Positions 48,060 to 61,508 of a stretch of 64,000 nucleotides of DNA are shown in pieces; position 1 is the first letter of the stretch, and every line of letters starts with the position of its first letter. The position numbers and the translations under genes are program-made. The notes below the pieces were generated by a model. The model did not search any database. It was not told where the DNA came from and saw only the letters and a list, made by a program, of their open reading frames with translations. The stretch spans positions 12,118,550 to 12,182,549 of the forward strand of contig NC_090404.1 of the NCBI RefSeq assembly GCF_036365525.1, in the 5' to 3' direction. Source of the DNA: Heterodontus francisci (taxonomy: Eukaryota).

Positions 48060-51000
48060 CATAGAAACATGGCCTAGTGCAGTGATAACCCGACAGGGCC
48101 TGGAACAATATAAGCATAGACAGGGTCTAGCTTGATATAAATAGAGACAGGGTCTTATTTAATATAAACAGAGACAGGTCGAGTTTAATATAAACAGAGA
48201 CAGGGCTAGTGTAATATAAACAGAGACAGGCTTTGGTGTAATATAAACAGAGACACGGTCCAGATTACTATAAACAGAGGCAGGATCTAGTGAAATTTAA
48301 ACAGAGGCATGGACTAGTGTAAAATAACAGAGACAGGGCGTAGAGTAATATAAACAGAGTGACTAGAATTATGTAGCAGACAAAGGGTATTACAAGCAGA
48401 ACGGGTCCAGTGCAATATAAACAAAGAAATAGTCTGGTGAAATATAGTCAGGAACAGGGCCTAGTGTAATATAAACAGAGACAGGGTCTTGCTTAATATA
48501 AACAGAGACTGGGTCTAGTTGAATATATACAGACACAGGTTCTAGTGTAATAGAAACAGAGAAAGGGCCAGTGTAATATAAACAGACACGTGATCTAGTG
48601 TAATATAAACACACGGGGTGCACTGTAATATAAACAGATACAGGGCCAACTGTAATATAAAAAGAGGCAAGCTATTGCTTAATACAAACAGAGACTGGGT
48701 CTAGTTCGATACACTCAGATACAGGTTCCAGTGTAATAGAAACAGAGACAGCATCGAGTGTAATATAAACAGAGATGGGGTCTTGTGTAACATTAACAGA
48801 GGCAGAGTGTAGTGTAATACAAACAGAGACAACATCTAGTATAACATAGACTAAAGCAGGCTCTAGCTTAATGTAAACGGAGATAGGGTCTAGTGTGATA
48901 TAAACAGAGAGAGGTCTAGTGTGATATAAACAGAGAGAGGTCTAGTGTGATATAAACAGACGGGCGTAGTGTAATATAAACAGAGACAGGGCCTAGTGTA
49001 ATATAAACAGAGACAGGGCCTAGTGTAATATAAACTTAGACAGGGTCTGGATTAATATAAACAGAGACTGGGTCTAGTTGAATATACACAGATACAGGAT
49101 CTATTGCAATAGAAACAGAGACAGAGCCTAGTGTAATATAAACAGAGAGAGGGCCTGTGGAATATAAACAGACACATGGTCCAGTGTAATATAAACACAC
49201 GGGGTGTACTGTAATATAAACAGATACAGGGCCTAGTGTAATATGAAGAGAGGCAGGATATTGCTTAATACAAACAGAGACTGTGTCCAGTTTAATATAC
49301 TCAGATACAGGTTCTTGTAATCGAAACAGAGACAGCATCTAGTGTGAGATAAACCGAGGCAGGATCTAGTGTAATACAATCAGAGATGGGGTCTCGTCTA
49401 ACATTAACAGAGGCAGGGTGTAGTGTAATACAAACAGAGACACCATCTAGTATAATATAGACTAAAGCAGGCTCTATCTTAATGTAAACTGAGATAGGGT
49501 CTAGAGTGATATAAACAGATGGGGTGTAGTGTAATATAAACAAAGACAGGGCCTAGTGTAATATGAACAGAGACAGTGCCTAGTGTAATATAAACAGAGA
49601 CACAGCGAAGTCCAATGATAACTGAGACAGAGTTGAGTGTAATATAAACTGATACAGGCCCTCGTGTAATATAAACTGAGACAGGGCACAATGCAGTAAT
49701 AACTGAGATAGGATCTAGTGTAATATAAACAGAGATAGGGTCTATTGCAAAATAAACAGAGACAGGGCCTAGTGGAGTAAGAACAGAGATTGGGTGTAGT
49801 GTAATATAAACAGAGGCAGGGCCTAGGGCAGTATGAAGAGAGATAGGATTTCATGTAATATAAACAAAGGCATGGTCTAGCACAATATTAATGTAGGGAG
49901 AGGGCCTAGCTAATATAAAGAGACATGTTTCAGTGGAGTAATATTGCTCTAGTATAATAGGAACAGAGAAAGAGCCTTATGTAAGATAAATAGAGCAAGA
50001 GCTTAGTGTAATATAAACAGAGAAAGGGCATATTGTAATATAAATAGAGACAAGGCCTGCATTAATACAAACAGAGTCGGTGTCCAGGGTAATATTAACA
50101 GAGACAGGGTCTACGGTAATGAAAACAGAGACAGAGTCTCGTGGAATATATACAGAGACAGGGCCAAGTGTAATATAAACTGAGACAGGACGTATTGTAA
50201 TATAAACAGCGACAAGTTCTCAGGTAATATAAACAGAGAAAGGCCTAGTGCAATATAAAAGAGACAGGGTGTAGTAATATACACAGAGACAGGGTAAAAT
50301 GTAATATAAACAGAGATAGGATCTAGTTTAATACAAACAGAGAAAGGGCCAACCATAATATAAACAGAGACAGGGTCAACATTAATAGAAACAGTGTAAT
50401 ACAGACAGAGACAATGTCAAGTGTCAGAAACAGAGATGGGGTCTAGTGTAATGCAAACCGAGACAGGGTATAGTGTAACATAAGCATAGACGGGGTCTAG
50501 TTGCATATAAACAGGGACAGGGTATAGTGTAATATTGACAGAGATTGGGTCTTGTGTAATATAAACAGAGACAGGGTACAGTGTAATATGAACAGAGGCA
50601 GGGCCTTGTACAATATAAACAGACATGTTCCAGTGTAATATAAACAAAGAGAGTGGTCCTAGTGTAATATAAACACAATACTAATGTCGAGAGAGGGCTT
50701 AGTTTGATACGAAGAGACATGTTCCAGTGGAGGAATAACAGGGACATGGTCTAATGTAAGCTAAACAGAGACATTGACTACTCCAGCATTAATTGAGACT
50801 GGGTTTAGTGTAGTATCGCAGACACAGAGATTGGTGCAGTAATAACAGAGACTTTTGCGAATTTAATATAAACAGAGTCATAGTTCTGTGTATCAATAAG
50901 TGAGACAGGGTCTAGAACAGTAATAATTGAGAGAGGAACTGGCGCATAGGATCGGAGACAGGCTCTGTTGTAATATGAACAGGGACAAGGTCTTGTGCAG

Positions 51001-52010
51001 GAATACTAAGACAGGGCCTAGTGCAGCAATTATTGATACAGGACATATAGTAATCTAAACCAACACTGGGGATCGTTCAGTAATTACTGAGACAGGGCCT
51101 AGCGCAGTAAAAACTGGAATTGGGTCTCGTGTAGTATTCACAGAGATGGGATAGTGCAGTTTAAACAGATACATGTTCCAGTGCAATATGAAATGAGTCG
51201 AGTACAGTAATAATTGAGACAGAGTTTTGTGTAATGTGTGCAGAGACATGGTATAGTATAGTCAGAAGTGAAACAGAGCCTAGTGTAAGAAAAAAACTGA
51301 GACAAGTTCCAGTGCAGTTTTAACTGATAGAGGACATTGTGCAATATAAACTGAGACAGTCCCTAGTGCAGCTATTACTGATACAAGACCTGGATTTCTA
51401 TGAGCTGGGACATGGACAAATGCAGTAATAGGTGAGACAGGATTCCGTATCATTTAACAGAGAGATGGTTCATTACAGTAATAACGGAGACAGGACATTG
51501 TGTGATAGAAACAGAAATGTGGCCTAATGCAGCAATAACTTAGACAGGGCATTGTGTAATGCAAGAAGAAACATGGTCCAGTATATTAACACCTGAGATT
51601 AGGCTAATGTAGAAATACCTGAGGCATGGACTGCTTTAACATGATCTGAGAAATTGTTTTTTGTAATACAAATAGGAAAATGACCTCGTGTAATATAAAC
51701 AGAGACACCATTTAGTATAGCATTGACTAAAGCAAGCTTTTGCTTCATATAAAAGCAAAATATTGCGGAGTTCCGAAGAAGGGTCACTGACCCGAAACGT
51801 TAACTCTGCTTCTCTTTCCACAGATGCTGCCAAACCTGCTGAGTGGTTCCAGCATTTCTAGTTTTTATTTTAGCTTCATATAAACTGAGACAGAGTCTAG
51901 TGTAATATAAATAGAGAAAAGATCTAGTGTAATATAAACAGAGTAATTGTCTTGTGCAATATAAACAGAGACAGGGTCGAGAGCAGTATTAACAGAGGCA
52001 GCGCCTGTTT
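48060..52010 (+). repeat. Long diverged array of the 27-bp satellite (further blocks at about 54060-54790, and inverted at about 55900-56030)
   Basis: Same tagtgtaatataaacagagacagggtc consensus as 22290-23590, increasingly degenerate toward the 3' end. Confidence 0.92.
51749..51872 (+). mobile_element. Mini Penelope-derived insertion carrying a hammerhead motif, flanked by a 12-bp direct repeat
   Basis: Inverted PLE end aaaagcaaaatattgcgga, a hammerhead motif at 51769-51805, then the PLE tail. gcttcatataaa occurs at 51742-51753 and 51873-51884. Confidence 0.75.
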
Positions 52011-52555
52011 CTGGTAATATTAGCCAACGGGCTTTCACTGACACGTGGTGCTTGTGTTTGGCCATTGTTCCTGTTGTGAAAAAGTCGAAGTCAGTTACTG
52101 TTTCTGATATTAATACATCAAGGAACAACTTGCACTGCGATAGCAGCTCATCACCATCTCTGGAAGGTCCCAAAATTTGAGGTGCAACTAATTCCAGATG
52201 AATTTGGCCGATTTGTGTGCAGATACACCAGGAATAGAGCAAAGTGCCTGAACTCTTGTTAATGCATTTTCGTTGATCTTGGTTGATTAGGTTGTGGCAC
52301 GTGAGGCAGAATCTGCCTCTCAAGGGTTGGCCTTCACAGCGTCAGCAAAGGTGCACCAAGAGAAGACACCCAACCTAAATGGATTGTTTGCTGCATGCGC
52401 ATCATCTTTCTGTAGCTGGAAGATGCCAAACCATTATTGAAGGGCAGAATGTTGACCAGGGCACAATGTGGGGACCATGGGAACTTTAATATCTAACTCA
52501 ACAGATAAGGGGGAGGGGAGAGATTATTGGTTCATGATATCATCTGAAAGACAAT

Positions 52556-53565
52556 GGGGGCGATTTTCACCGATACCTTAAATGCTACAGAGCCTCCAAT
52601 GGAGTCAAGGTTGGACCTTAAGATGAAGAATTGATTTAGACTGCGTTTAACAGAAGATACCATCTTTGATAAGGTGTTGACGCTTGCGCTTGGATCAGTC
52701 ACCCGCAGGATCATTCAGCAGCTGATTGCCACTGAAATCGCCTGTTAATGCTCATTAAAGAGGCTGGACTTCATTTTAGCAACTCGCACTTGACCGATCT
52801 TCTCTATAAACAGCTTCCAGCTGAGTGGGGTAACAAGTTGTGACAGAGGGCTTTTGTGCTACTTAATGGTACGACACCTTTTACTGTCCACTTGCTGCTG
52901 GAGGTTTGAAGAGGAGTTTTGAAACCCATCAGGAGAATTTCGGGAACACTTTTTCGACTTCGCTAACATACCATCAACATTTATTCTTGGAATTCTCTGA
53001 TGGTCTCACCCAAAAAATGTAAGAGCTGTGTGACTTGATCTGAGAGGAGTCACTAGGATAAATGGAATGCTTGGTCATCGGCATCTTCCTGGCTGGTCAA
53101 ATGGGGTGAGGACATGCGGCCAGGAAGAGCAGCACCAGCTGCTGTAGCAGAGTGAGACAGGAGGGTGAGGTGGTGTCCTTCCCCATTGCGGGTACAGGAC
53201 GTCCCTGCTCCCCTGGATCTCCTCCACCAGGAACTGCAATGCTGTGCATGAGAATCTGTGCACCCATTCAAATGGTTCCTGAGCCATCCTGAAACATGTC
53301 ACTGTGTGTCAGCCAGGTTATCCCACGCTTATAGTAGAAGTGGGTGCATGGAGCTCACAGAATCTGCTTCAAGAAAATTGTGGTCAATCAGTACTTGAGT
53401 GCTAAACCTGCTGGTCATGGTTTAGTGCCTCCAGGCAAGTTCAATTATGGTAATCAGCAATCAAGATCAAAATTGTCTGCTAAATCCAGACATTCAAACA
53501 GAGGTGTTTCACTCGCACAGTGCCCATTTAGACTCTGCTTTCACTCTTTCACCAAAATCACCCCC
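52556..53565 (-). mobile_element. Harbinger-like non-autonomous DNA transposon
   Basis: Inverted termini gggggcgatttt / aaaatcaccccc. Internal Myb/SANT-like remnant HRFSCTALQFLVEEIQGSRDVLYP on the minus strand (ORF 53075-53302). Confidence 0.65.
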
Positions 53566-55539
53566 TAAGTGTATGTTATATATGTGTGCGTGTATGTGTA
53601 CAAAACTCATCATGTTGTTTGCAATTCCACAAACATAAATAGTTAGCTCACCAATTATTTTCAGCATTTCATGATAGTTAATTCAAAATGTAATTGCAGA
53701 CCGAGGGTAATGAGCAGCTGCTCACCCGTGTTTGTGCTTTATTGTTAAGTGATCACCTCACCATCACAGAAGCTGCTGGTATATACCTCACATGTGTGAT
53801 GATTTGTGCAAGTAATGGTAAAAATGAAACTACCTGTACCTAACGTGGTTAATAAATTTGTAAATGACTGATGTATAATTTCCCTCGTTTGCAAAGGAAT
53901 GAAACACTTGCTGCTTTCCAGTGAAATTTGCACCATTTTTGTTTCCACAGACTTCACTTTTAGCCCGTTACCTTCAATATTTCCTTCCCGACGTCTTCCA
54001 TTTTTGTATGGTTAAGTTCATTGACATCTGAGGCAAAACCTACCATGTTTTAGGAAGTGACATAGTTCAGTGGAATAAATAGAGACATGGCCCAGTGCAG
54101 CAATAATTGAGACATAGCCTAGCATAATATAGAAAGCAACATGGTCTAGTGTAATGCAAGTGGGACATGACCTCGTGTAGTAATAACTGAGCAAGGCCTA
54201 ATGTATTAGAAATAGACAAATGGTCTCCTGCACTAATAACTACACAGTAAGCTGAGACAGGGCCTCGTGTGATAGAAACAAAGATAGGGTCCTATGCAGT
54301 AATAGGTGAGACAGGGCCTAGTGTAATATGAGCTGAAGCATGGTCTAGTGCTGTAATAACCTAAAATGGATCGTGTGCAATGTAAACAAAGAGATGGTCT
54401 AATGCAGTGCCAACTGAGATAATGTCAAGTGTAATATAAACGAGTGCAGTCATCAAGGAGGCAGTGCCTAGTGTAACATAAATAGAGACAGGGTCTAGTG
54501 AAATATCAACAGAGACTCTATTTCGTCGAGTACTAAATGAGGCAGGATCTGGTGCAATAGAAATAGAGACATGGTTTAATAACTGAGAGAGGAGGTGCTG
54601 CAATATAAACAAATGGAATGAGATGTCTTCCAGTGCAGTCATAATTGAGAAATAATCTTGTATAATATACTAAGAGGCACAATTCTCGGCATTTAAAACT
54701 GAGACATTAGCATAATAACAACAACAGAAATAGAGTCGGGTGGAATATAAACAGGATCTAGTGTAATGTAATGTAATATGTACTACAAGACTATGTATAT
54801 GTTCATATTACGTCAGGCCTGGTCTCAGTTCTCATTGCCACGAAGCCATATACCACACGAGTAGAAAAATAATGATAATGCTAAACCTTCAAAAAAAAAC
54901 ACCGGTCAGCCTCAGCTGGAGTAATGTAACAATCTCAGAGAGACGACTGGGTTTGAGGGATCACATTAAAGGTGAAAATTAGTGCACGGCACTTTGCACG
55001 ACTTAGTGACAAACTCTGTTATATTAAAGTTTACTAATTCACTCTTGTGTTGTGCTGTGATAATTGCTCACAGTTTCTTTTCTTAGTTAAGGGTTGTTTT
55101 TCCTGCAGGATTTTCTATTTAGCTTTCCTCTGACCCACTGTCTGTGCCCGACAGAGTCTGAAACCGTGACCACACAGCACAGCCGTATGGGCTGCCGTAG
55201 GGTCCTAAACTCCACCCAATGATTAAGCTCTCAGCTGCGAGATCGGAAAAAACTAAAGTGCATTTATATATAATACATATGTGTATATGTGTGCTTTTAT
55301 TTATACAGAATATATATATAAAATGTGTTTGGATATGTGATTGTGTGGAAAGCACATCATTATTTATATTTACAAGCTGAAGTGACGAAGAGAGGTGATT
55401 ATCTTCACAAATTATGTTTTTGGCATTTTATTTCCTTCTATTCAAAACGTATTTGCAGAACATTTAATACATTTGACCAAGGCTCGAAATTTATTACACA
55501 AGACGTTTTCACTGTTCACATTATGTCACATCTCTGTCT

Positions 55540-57590
55540 ATGGATGTGGAAAGGATGCTTACTGTTGTGGGAGTATCTAAAACTCGGGGTCACTGTTCAA
55601 AAAAAGGGGTCGTCCATTTAAAACAGAGACGAGATTTTGCTTTCTCTCAGAGGGTCGTGAGTCTTTGGAACTTTGTTCCTCAAAAGGCGGTGGAAGCAGA
55701 GATTTTGAATATTTTTAAGGCAGAGGTAGATAGATTCTTTATAAGGAAAGGGATGAAAGGCTTTTGTTTGCCGATAGGCATGTGAAGTTGAGGTTATCAT
55801 CCGATCCGCCATGATCTAGTTGAATGGCGCAACAGCCTCGAGCGGCCAAGTGGCCTATTCCTGCTTCTAATTCGTATGCTTGTATGTATGTTAGATGCTC
55901 TCATTTGTTACTGAATTGCACAATGTGTCAATTAAGATTGCACTAGATCCTATCTCAGTTATGAATACACCACGCCATGTGTCTGTTTATTTTATATTAG
56001 CCCTTGTCTCAAGTGTCATTGCACTATGCCATAGAATACTCCAGTGCAAAAATGATTATGATAAACTTTTACAAAACACCAGTAGGCCTTAGCTGGAGTA
56101 TTGCGTCCAATTCAGGGTGCCACATTTTCAGAAGGACTGAGCCTTGGGGAAGGTCCAGAAAATACTTTCTAAACTGGGACCAGGGATGAAAGATTCCAGT
56201 AACTTGGAGAGACTGGAGAAGCTGAGGTTGTTCTGCCGAGAGCAGAGAAGGTTAAAAGGAGATTTCATAGAGGCGTTCAAAATCATGAACTGTTTTGATA
56301 GAATAAATAAACTGAAAATATTTTCAGTGGCAGAAGAATCGGTAACGAGAGGGAACAGATTCAAAGTAAATAGCGAAGTAATCAAAGGCTACATATAAAT
56401 GACTTGGATCTTGGAATGCAAAGTAGAATCGCAATATTTGTCAATGACATCAAACTTGGAGGGATGGCAAACAGTGAGGATGATATGAACCACTTGCAAC
56501 AGGACATAGATAGGCTAGCAGAGTGGGCCGACAAGTGGCAGATGGAATTTACTGCTGCCTAGTGTGAGGTGATGCATTTTGGCAGAAGGAATAGGGAGAG
56601 GCAATATATACTTTACGGCACAGTTCCAAAGATTGTGCAGGAACAGAGGGACCTAGGGGTGCACATGCATCAATCTTTGAAGGCGGCAGGACATATTGAG
56701 AGAGTGTTTAGTAAAGCACATGGGATCTTGGGCTTCATAAATAGAGGCATTGAGAACAAAAGCAGGGAAGTTATGCTGAAACTTTATAAAGCTCTGGTAA
56801 GGCCCAAATGGAGTATTGCGCCCAGTTCTGGCCACCATACTTTAGGAAGAATGTGATGGGCCTTGAGAGAGATTTATCACAATGGTTACAGGGATGGAGG
56901 AGAATAACTGGAGTTATTCTTCTTCGAACAAAAGGGATTGAAAGGAGATTTAATAGAAATGTACAAGATTATGACAGGCTTAGATAAGTTAGAGAAGGAA
57001 AAACTGTTTACATTAACGAATGGTACAAGGACTAGGGGACACAGATTGAAGGTTTTGGGCAAGAGATTGAGGGCGAATATGAGAAACCAGTTTTTTATGC
57101 AGCAGGTAGTAATGATCTGGAACTCGCAGCACACGAGGGTGGTAGAAACAGGGACAGCAAATGACTTCAACATGAAACTGGATGACCACTCGAAGGAAAT
57201 AGACTTGCAGGGCTACGAGGATCAAACGGGGGAGTGGGGCTGAATAAATAGCTCTGTTAAGAGCCGGCGTGGCCCGATTAGCCGAATGGCCTCCTTCTGT
57301 GCTGTAAATGACTCTATAACTCAATGACTCTAGGCGATATAAGGGGGAAGATAAATGACAGACCAAATTGTTTTTATCTGGATTTACTGCCTGAAAGGGT
57401 GGTGGAATCAGATTGAATAAGAACTTTAAAAAGGGAATTTAATAAATATTTCAAATGGAAACAAATGGCAGGGCTCTGGGGAAATAGCAGGGGGTAGTGG
57501 AATAACTGAATAGTTCTTTCAAAAAGCTGATACTGTCCTTAAGAGCTGAATAGCCTCCTTCTCAGCTTTATCATTCTATGAGTGTATGAT
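55540..57590 (+). mobile_element. Degenerate CR1 3' fragments
   Basis: QRDLGV, GDLIE.YKIM.G and F.QRVV..WN motifs. Confidence 0.8.
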
Positions 57591-58921
57591 TTACTGGCTC
57601 AATCCAACACTCCTTTTTTTTACACCTATTGTTAATAAAAAGAACAAAAGCAAAATGTTGCCTTTATGTAGCCCCTTTCACGACCACAGGACGTTTCAAA
57701 GGCTTTTCAAACAATGGCGTACTCCTGCTCATATTCCTTAGGTTCTTATCACAATGACCTGAGACCTCAAGCTGAGTAAATCTCACTGAAGTACTGAACT
57801 CGTGAACAATTCAGTCAATGCATGAATGGACTGAATGGAGTGGCTCTGGGGAATGTGGTCAAAGGAGTGAAGGACATTTGTCTTTGCGACCACAATGTGC
57901 AATACCCACAGGATATATTTCACTGTGGCCAATGGTTTGCAATGAATATATGGCGGTAAAGCAAGTTACAGTTCATGCTCCTTTAATCCGTGCTGTTTGG
58001 AATGGTGTGACTGGACCAGTCTCACCATTAATGTGGGGATGTGGAAAACGTATCCAATCGTTTGCTACATTTCTGCTGTGACTGAAGTAATTCTGGTGAG
58101 GATATGTTGTGTGCTTGTTGTACATGAAAGGACCACATGTTCAGAAATATTACAATCGTCCCTTCACAACCCAGACATATTCTCCCTTTATATCTTTGAG
58201 ATGAAAATCTATCATTTGCAGAGAATGATCATCAGCACCACGGGGATATCTCCAGGCCTCTCTTGGCGAATTAAGCTCGTTACTTCTGGTTATCCTAGGT
58301 ATTGAAATGATCCCAGAAATTCAGGAAGGACTGAATGCGTCAGAGAGATACAAATGAAATAAAGGGGCTACTTCATGTTAGGAATATTCAATCACAAAGA
58401 TGTGATTGTAGAACAGCATCTTTCAGGCCCATCTATCCATCTGTCTGTCAGTTCATCCATTATCAATCAATCCGGTCATCGGTACTTGTAACAAAACATT
58501 CAGACATTCAGGCCATCTCTCCTTCCTCTGCCCTATCACACACGTTCTCTTTTGTCCTCCTTCACCACCACCTCACCCCCACCACTTTCACTTGCTCAAA
58601 ACTTATTACATTTCTAACCTTTCCCAGTTCTGACGAAAGTCAGAGACCTGAAAGGTTACCTCTGGTTCTCTCTCCACAGATGCTGCCTGACCGGCTCAGT
58701 ATTTCCAGCACTTTATGCTTTTATTTCAGATTTCCAGCATCCGCAGTATTTTGATTTTATTCAAAAGTCCAATGATAGATTCATTACAGCCATGCAACAG
58801 CCTCCATCCACGCAAACAAGCATATTTATCTATTTCAGAATGTATCATCTCTCTGAGGCCCTCTCTGTCTATCTGTCGATCTATCTATCCATCTGTCTGT
58901 CTGCCTGTCTGTCCACATAGC

Positions 58922-59321
58922 NNNNNNNNNNNNNNNNNNNNNNNNNNNNNNNNNNNNNNNNNNNNNNNNNNNNNNNNNNNNNNNNNNNNNNNNNNNNNNN
59001 NNNNNNNNNNNNNNNNNNNNNNNNNNNNNNNNNNNNNNNNNNNNNNNNNNNNNNNNNNNNNNNNNNNNNNNNNNNNNNNNNNNNNNNNNNNNNNNNNNNN
59101 NNNNNNNNNNNNNNNNNNNNNNNNNNNNNNNNNNNNNNNNNNNNNNNNNNNNNNNNNNNNNNNNNNNNNNNNNNNNNNNNNNNNNNNNNNNNNNNNNNNN
59201 NNNNNNNNNNNNNNNNNNNNNNNNNNNNNNNNNNNNNNNNNNNNNNNNNNNNNNNNNNNNNNNNNNNNNNNNNNNNNNNNNNNNNNNNNNNNNNNNNNNN
59301 NNNNNNNNNNNNNNNNNNNNN
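58922..59321. other. Assembly gap
   Basis: Run of N. Confidence 1.
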
Positions 59322-60529
59322 NGCACAGATGCTCCAGCGGACTTCTGCTCCCAACGAGGTGTCTGTGACTCTGGATATATTTCCTTTCATGTGAGATGGG
59401 AACAGTTCATGTAGGTACACAACTGGAAAAATAAAATTGACTTCAGTGTTGTTGCTGGGTAGATGTGTTTATGAATCGGTCTCATTGACAATGTTAAGGA
59501 TTTGAAGCTGGCTTGCAGCCAAGCAGTCAGTAATGAGGAAACAGATCTTTGATTTACTGCACAGAACTGCCAGATGCTTCCTGTAAATTACATTGGATGT
59601 TCGAGTCTCCCTGACAGCAGTCAGCTGGGTTGCTGCCAATTACTGTGTGGGACAAATTAGCGTGAATATGAATCGGCAAAGATGGGATTTAACCATTTAA
59701 ACATTAACTTATTCAGCAGCGCTCTGAGAAAAAAAAAAGGGAAAGCATTTTACGATATCACATCTAAAGAATTATTTTCGGTAAATTCAGTGCTCTTATC
59801 ATGATAAAATGGGACAGCAAAATAATAAATTGACCCATGTGGCAATAAAATATAATTCGAGGTAATTAAGACCATTTATTTTTGTACTGCATGAATCTCT
59901 CCAGAGAGATTTTAGTTACCCCATACCCACATCGTAATGAGAAATGTGGGAATCGCAAAGTAATAGGTGGAATTGCCGCTGCATTTCCTTCAATTTTCTC
60001 GCAGAGCTGTAAATCATATTCAAACTAAAGACTCCTTTATTAGTGATAACAGCTGCGTACCGTACAGTTTAATTTATGATGGTTTGGGTTGCATATTCAG
60101 CCCTCTCATAGACAGGATACCAATGGGTAGAGAAAGGCCCAGTTTGAGTTCCGTTTCCACAGCAGATAAAGCGTTTGTTTTTGTGATATTCTGTAGCATA
60201 ACGTTAAGATCTGATATACTGAGTTCCCGATACCAATGTATGTTAAACAGTCTATCGCTATTAAAATTAGCTGCAATGATCTGGGTGCCGAGGATAGATT
60301 TGCTGATCGCCATATCTGTTTTGATTCACCAGATTGTCTTTCTCAAAAACTGAACTGAATTTTATGTGTTACTCCTTAATTATCAGGCAAACGGACATTT
60401 CTATCAGTTCAATTTTCAAAGGACTGGCTTCGGGTCACCGAGTCAGGAACAGATCGAGAAATGTAGACAGAGAGCGGGAGAGAGGGGGAGAAAGAGAGAG
60501 AGAGAGAGATACTTGTGTATTGCGAGGAG

Positions 60530-60895
60530 TTTCTATTCTAACAGAACTTGACAGGGTAGATGCAGGAAGGATGTTCCCGATGGTGGGAGAGTCCAGAACC
60601 AGGGGTCATAGTCGAAGGATACGGGATAAACCTTTCAGGACTGAGATGAGGAGCAATTTCTTCACCCAGAGAGTGGTGAGCCTGTGGAATTCGCTACCAC
60701 AGAAAGCATTTGCGGCCAAAACATTGTATGTTTTCAAAACGGAGTTAAATATAACTCTTGGGTCGAAAGACATCAAAGGGTATGGGGCGAAAGCCGGAAC
60801 AGGCTGGATGATCAACCATGATCATAATGAATGGCGGAGCAGGCTCGATGGGCCGAATGGCCTCCTCCTGATCCTATTTTCGATGTTTCTACGTT
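60530..60895 (+). mobile_element. CR1 3' end fragment
   Basis: RMFPMVGESRTRGHS...FFTQRVVSLWNSLP and the LINE tail. Confidence 0.85.
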
Positions 60896-61508
60896 TCATT
60901 CTGGTCCTAAATAGTGTAACTGCAGCCATTTATACGGCAAATAGAATCTTACTAATATCCTGAGTTTAGCTGCATAAATTGATAACAATTCAAATTATTG
61001 GGGATACTTCACTGGTACGGATTGAAGGGATAGATAACGAGAGTTGGATTAAAATATACTGGCAGTCACTTTAGACCCTGGTAACGTAGTTTAATCTGAG
61101 AGATTCACATTCGCTGTGAAGAGTTGAGGAAATAATGAGATTTAATTTACAGTCCACAATGCAATTATTTCTTACTGAACGCATTCTCAACTGCAGTATC
61201 TCCAATTAGGCCCAAGTAACACATTGCATTTAAACCAGGCAGCCAAATAACTGTCCCTGGATACAAATAAAAAGTTCACATTTAATTCTAACCCAGTGTA
61301 ATGATATGACTCCATTTTGTTAATGATGTGGAAGGTGGATGTGGATCCAGTCACCGCCTCCATCAGGGAATCAATAGGCAGCGCCTGTAACCTCGCCCCC
61401 TTCTGCCGGGTATTTAAATGTCGGTAACTGGAATCGCAACACTACAGACCGGGAGCGTGTTTGCTCAGTGAGTTGTCGCCAGAACCATTTTCCCGAATTG
61501 CCAGAAGG

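Noticed and set aside
48060-52010. Satellite as an Ig class-switch region
   Set aside because: It is not G-rich, has few AGCT/WGCW motifs and is not in a J-C intron; sharks are not known to have conventional switch regions.
57818-58081. ORF starting HEWTEWSGSGECG, TSP1-like
   Set aside because: Only a short partial motif, with no convincing domain or exon boundaries in frame.
60074-60313. Minus-strand ORF containing IHWYRE, resembling V framework 2
   Set aside because: No flanking cysteines, YYC motif or RSS.
31200-61400. NAR-TCR/IgNAR V-D-J cassette or TCR D/J/C segments that would partner the leaderless V
   Set aside because: None found by eye on either strand; the two gaps (136 and 400 N) could hide sequence.
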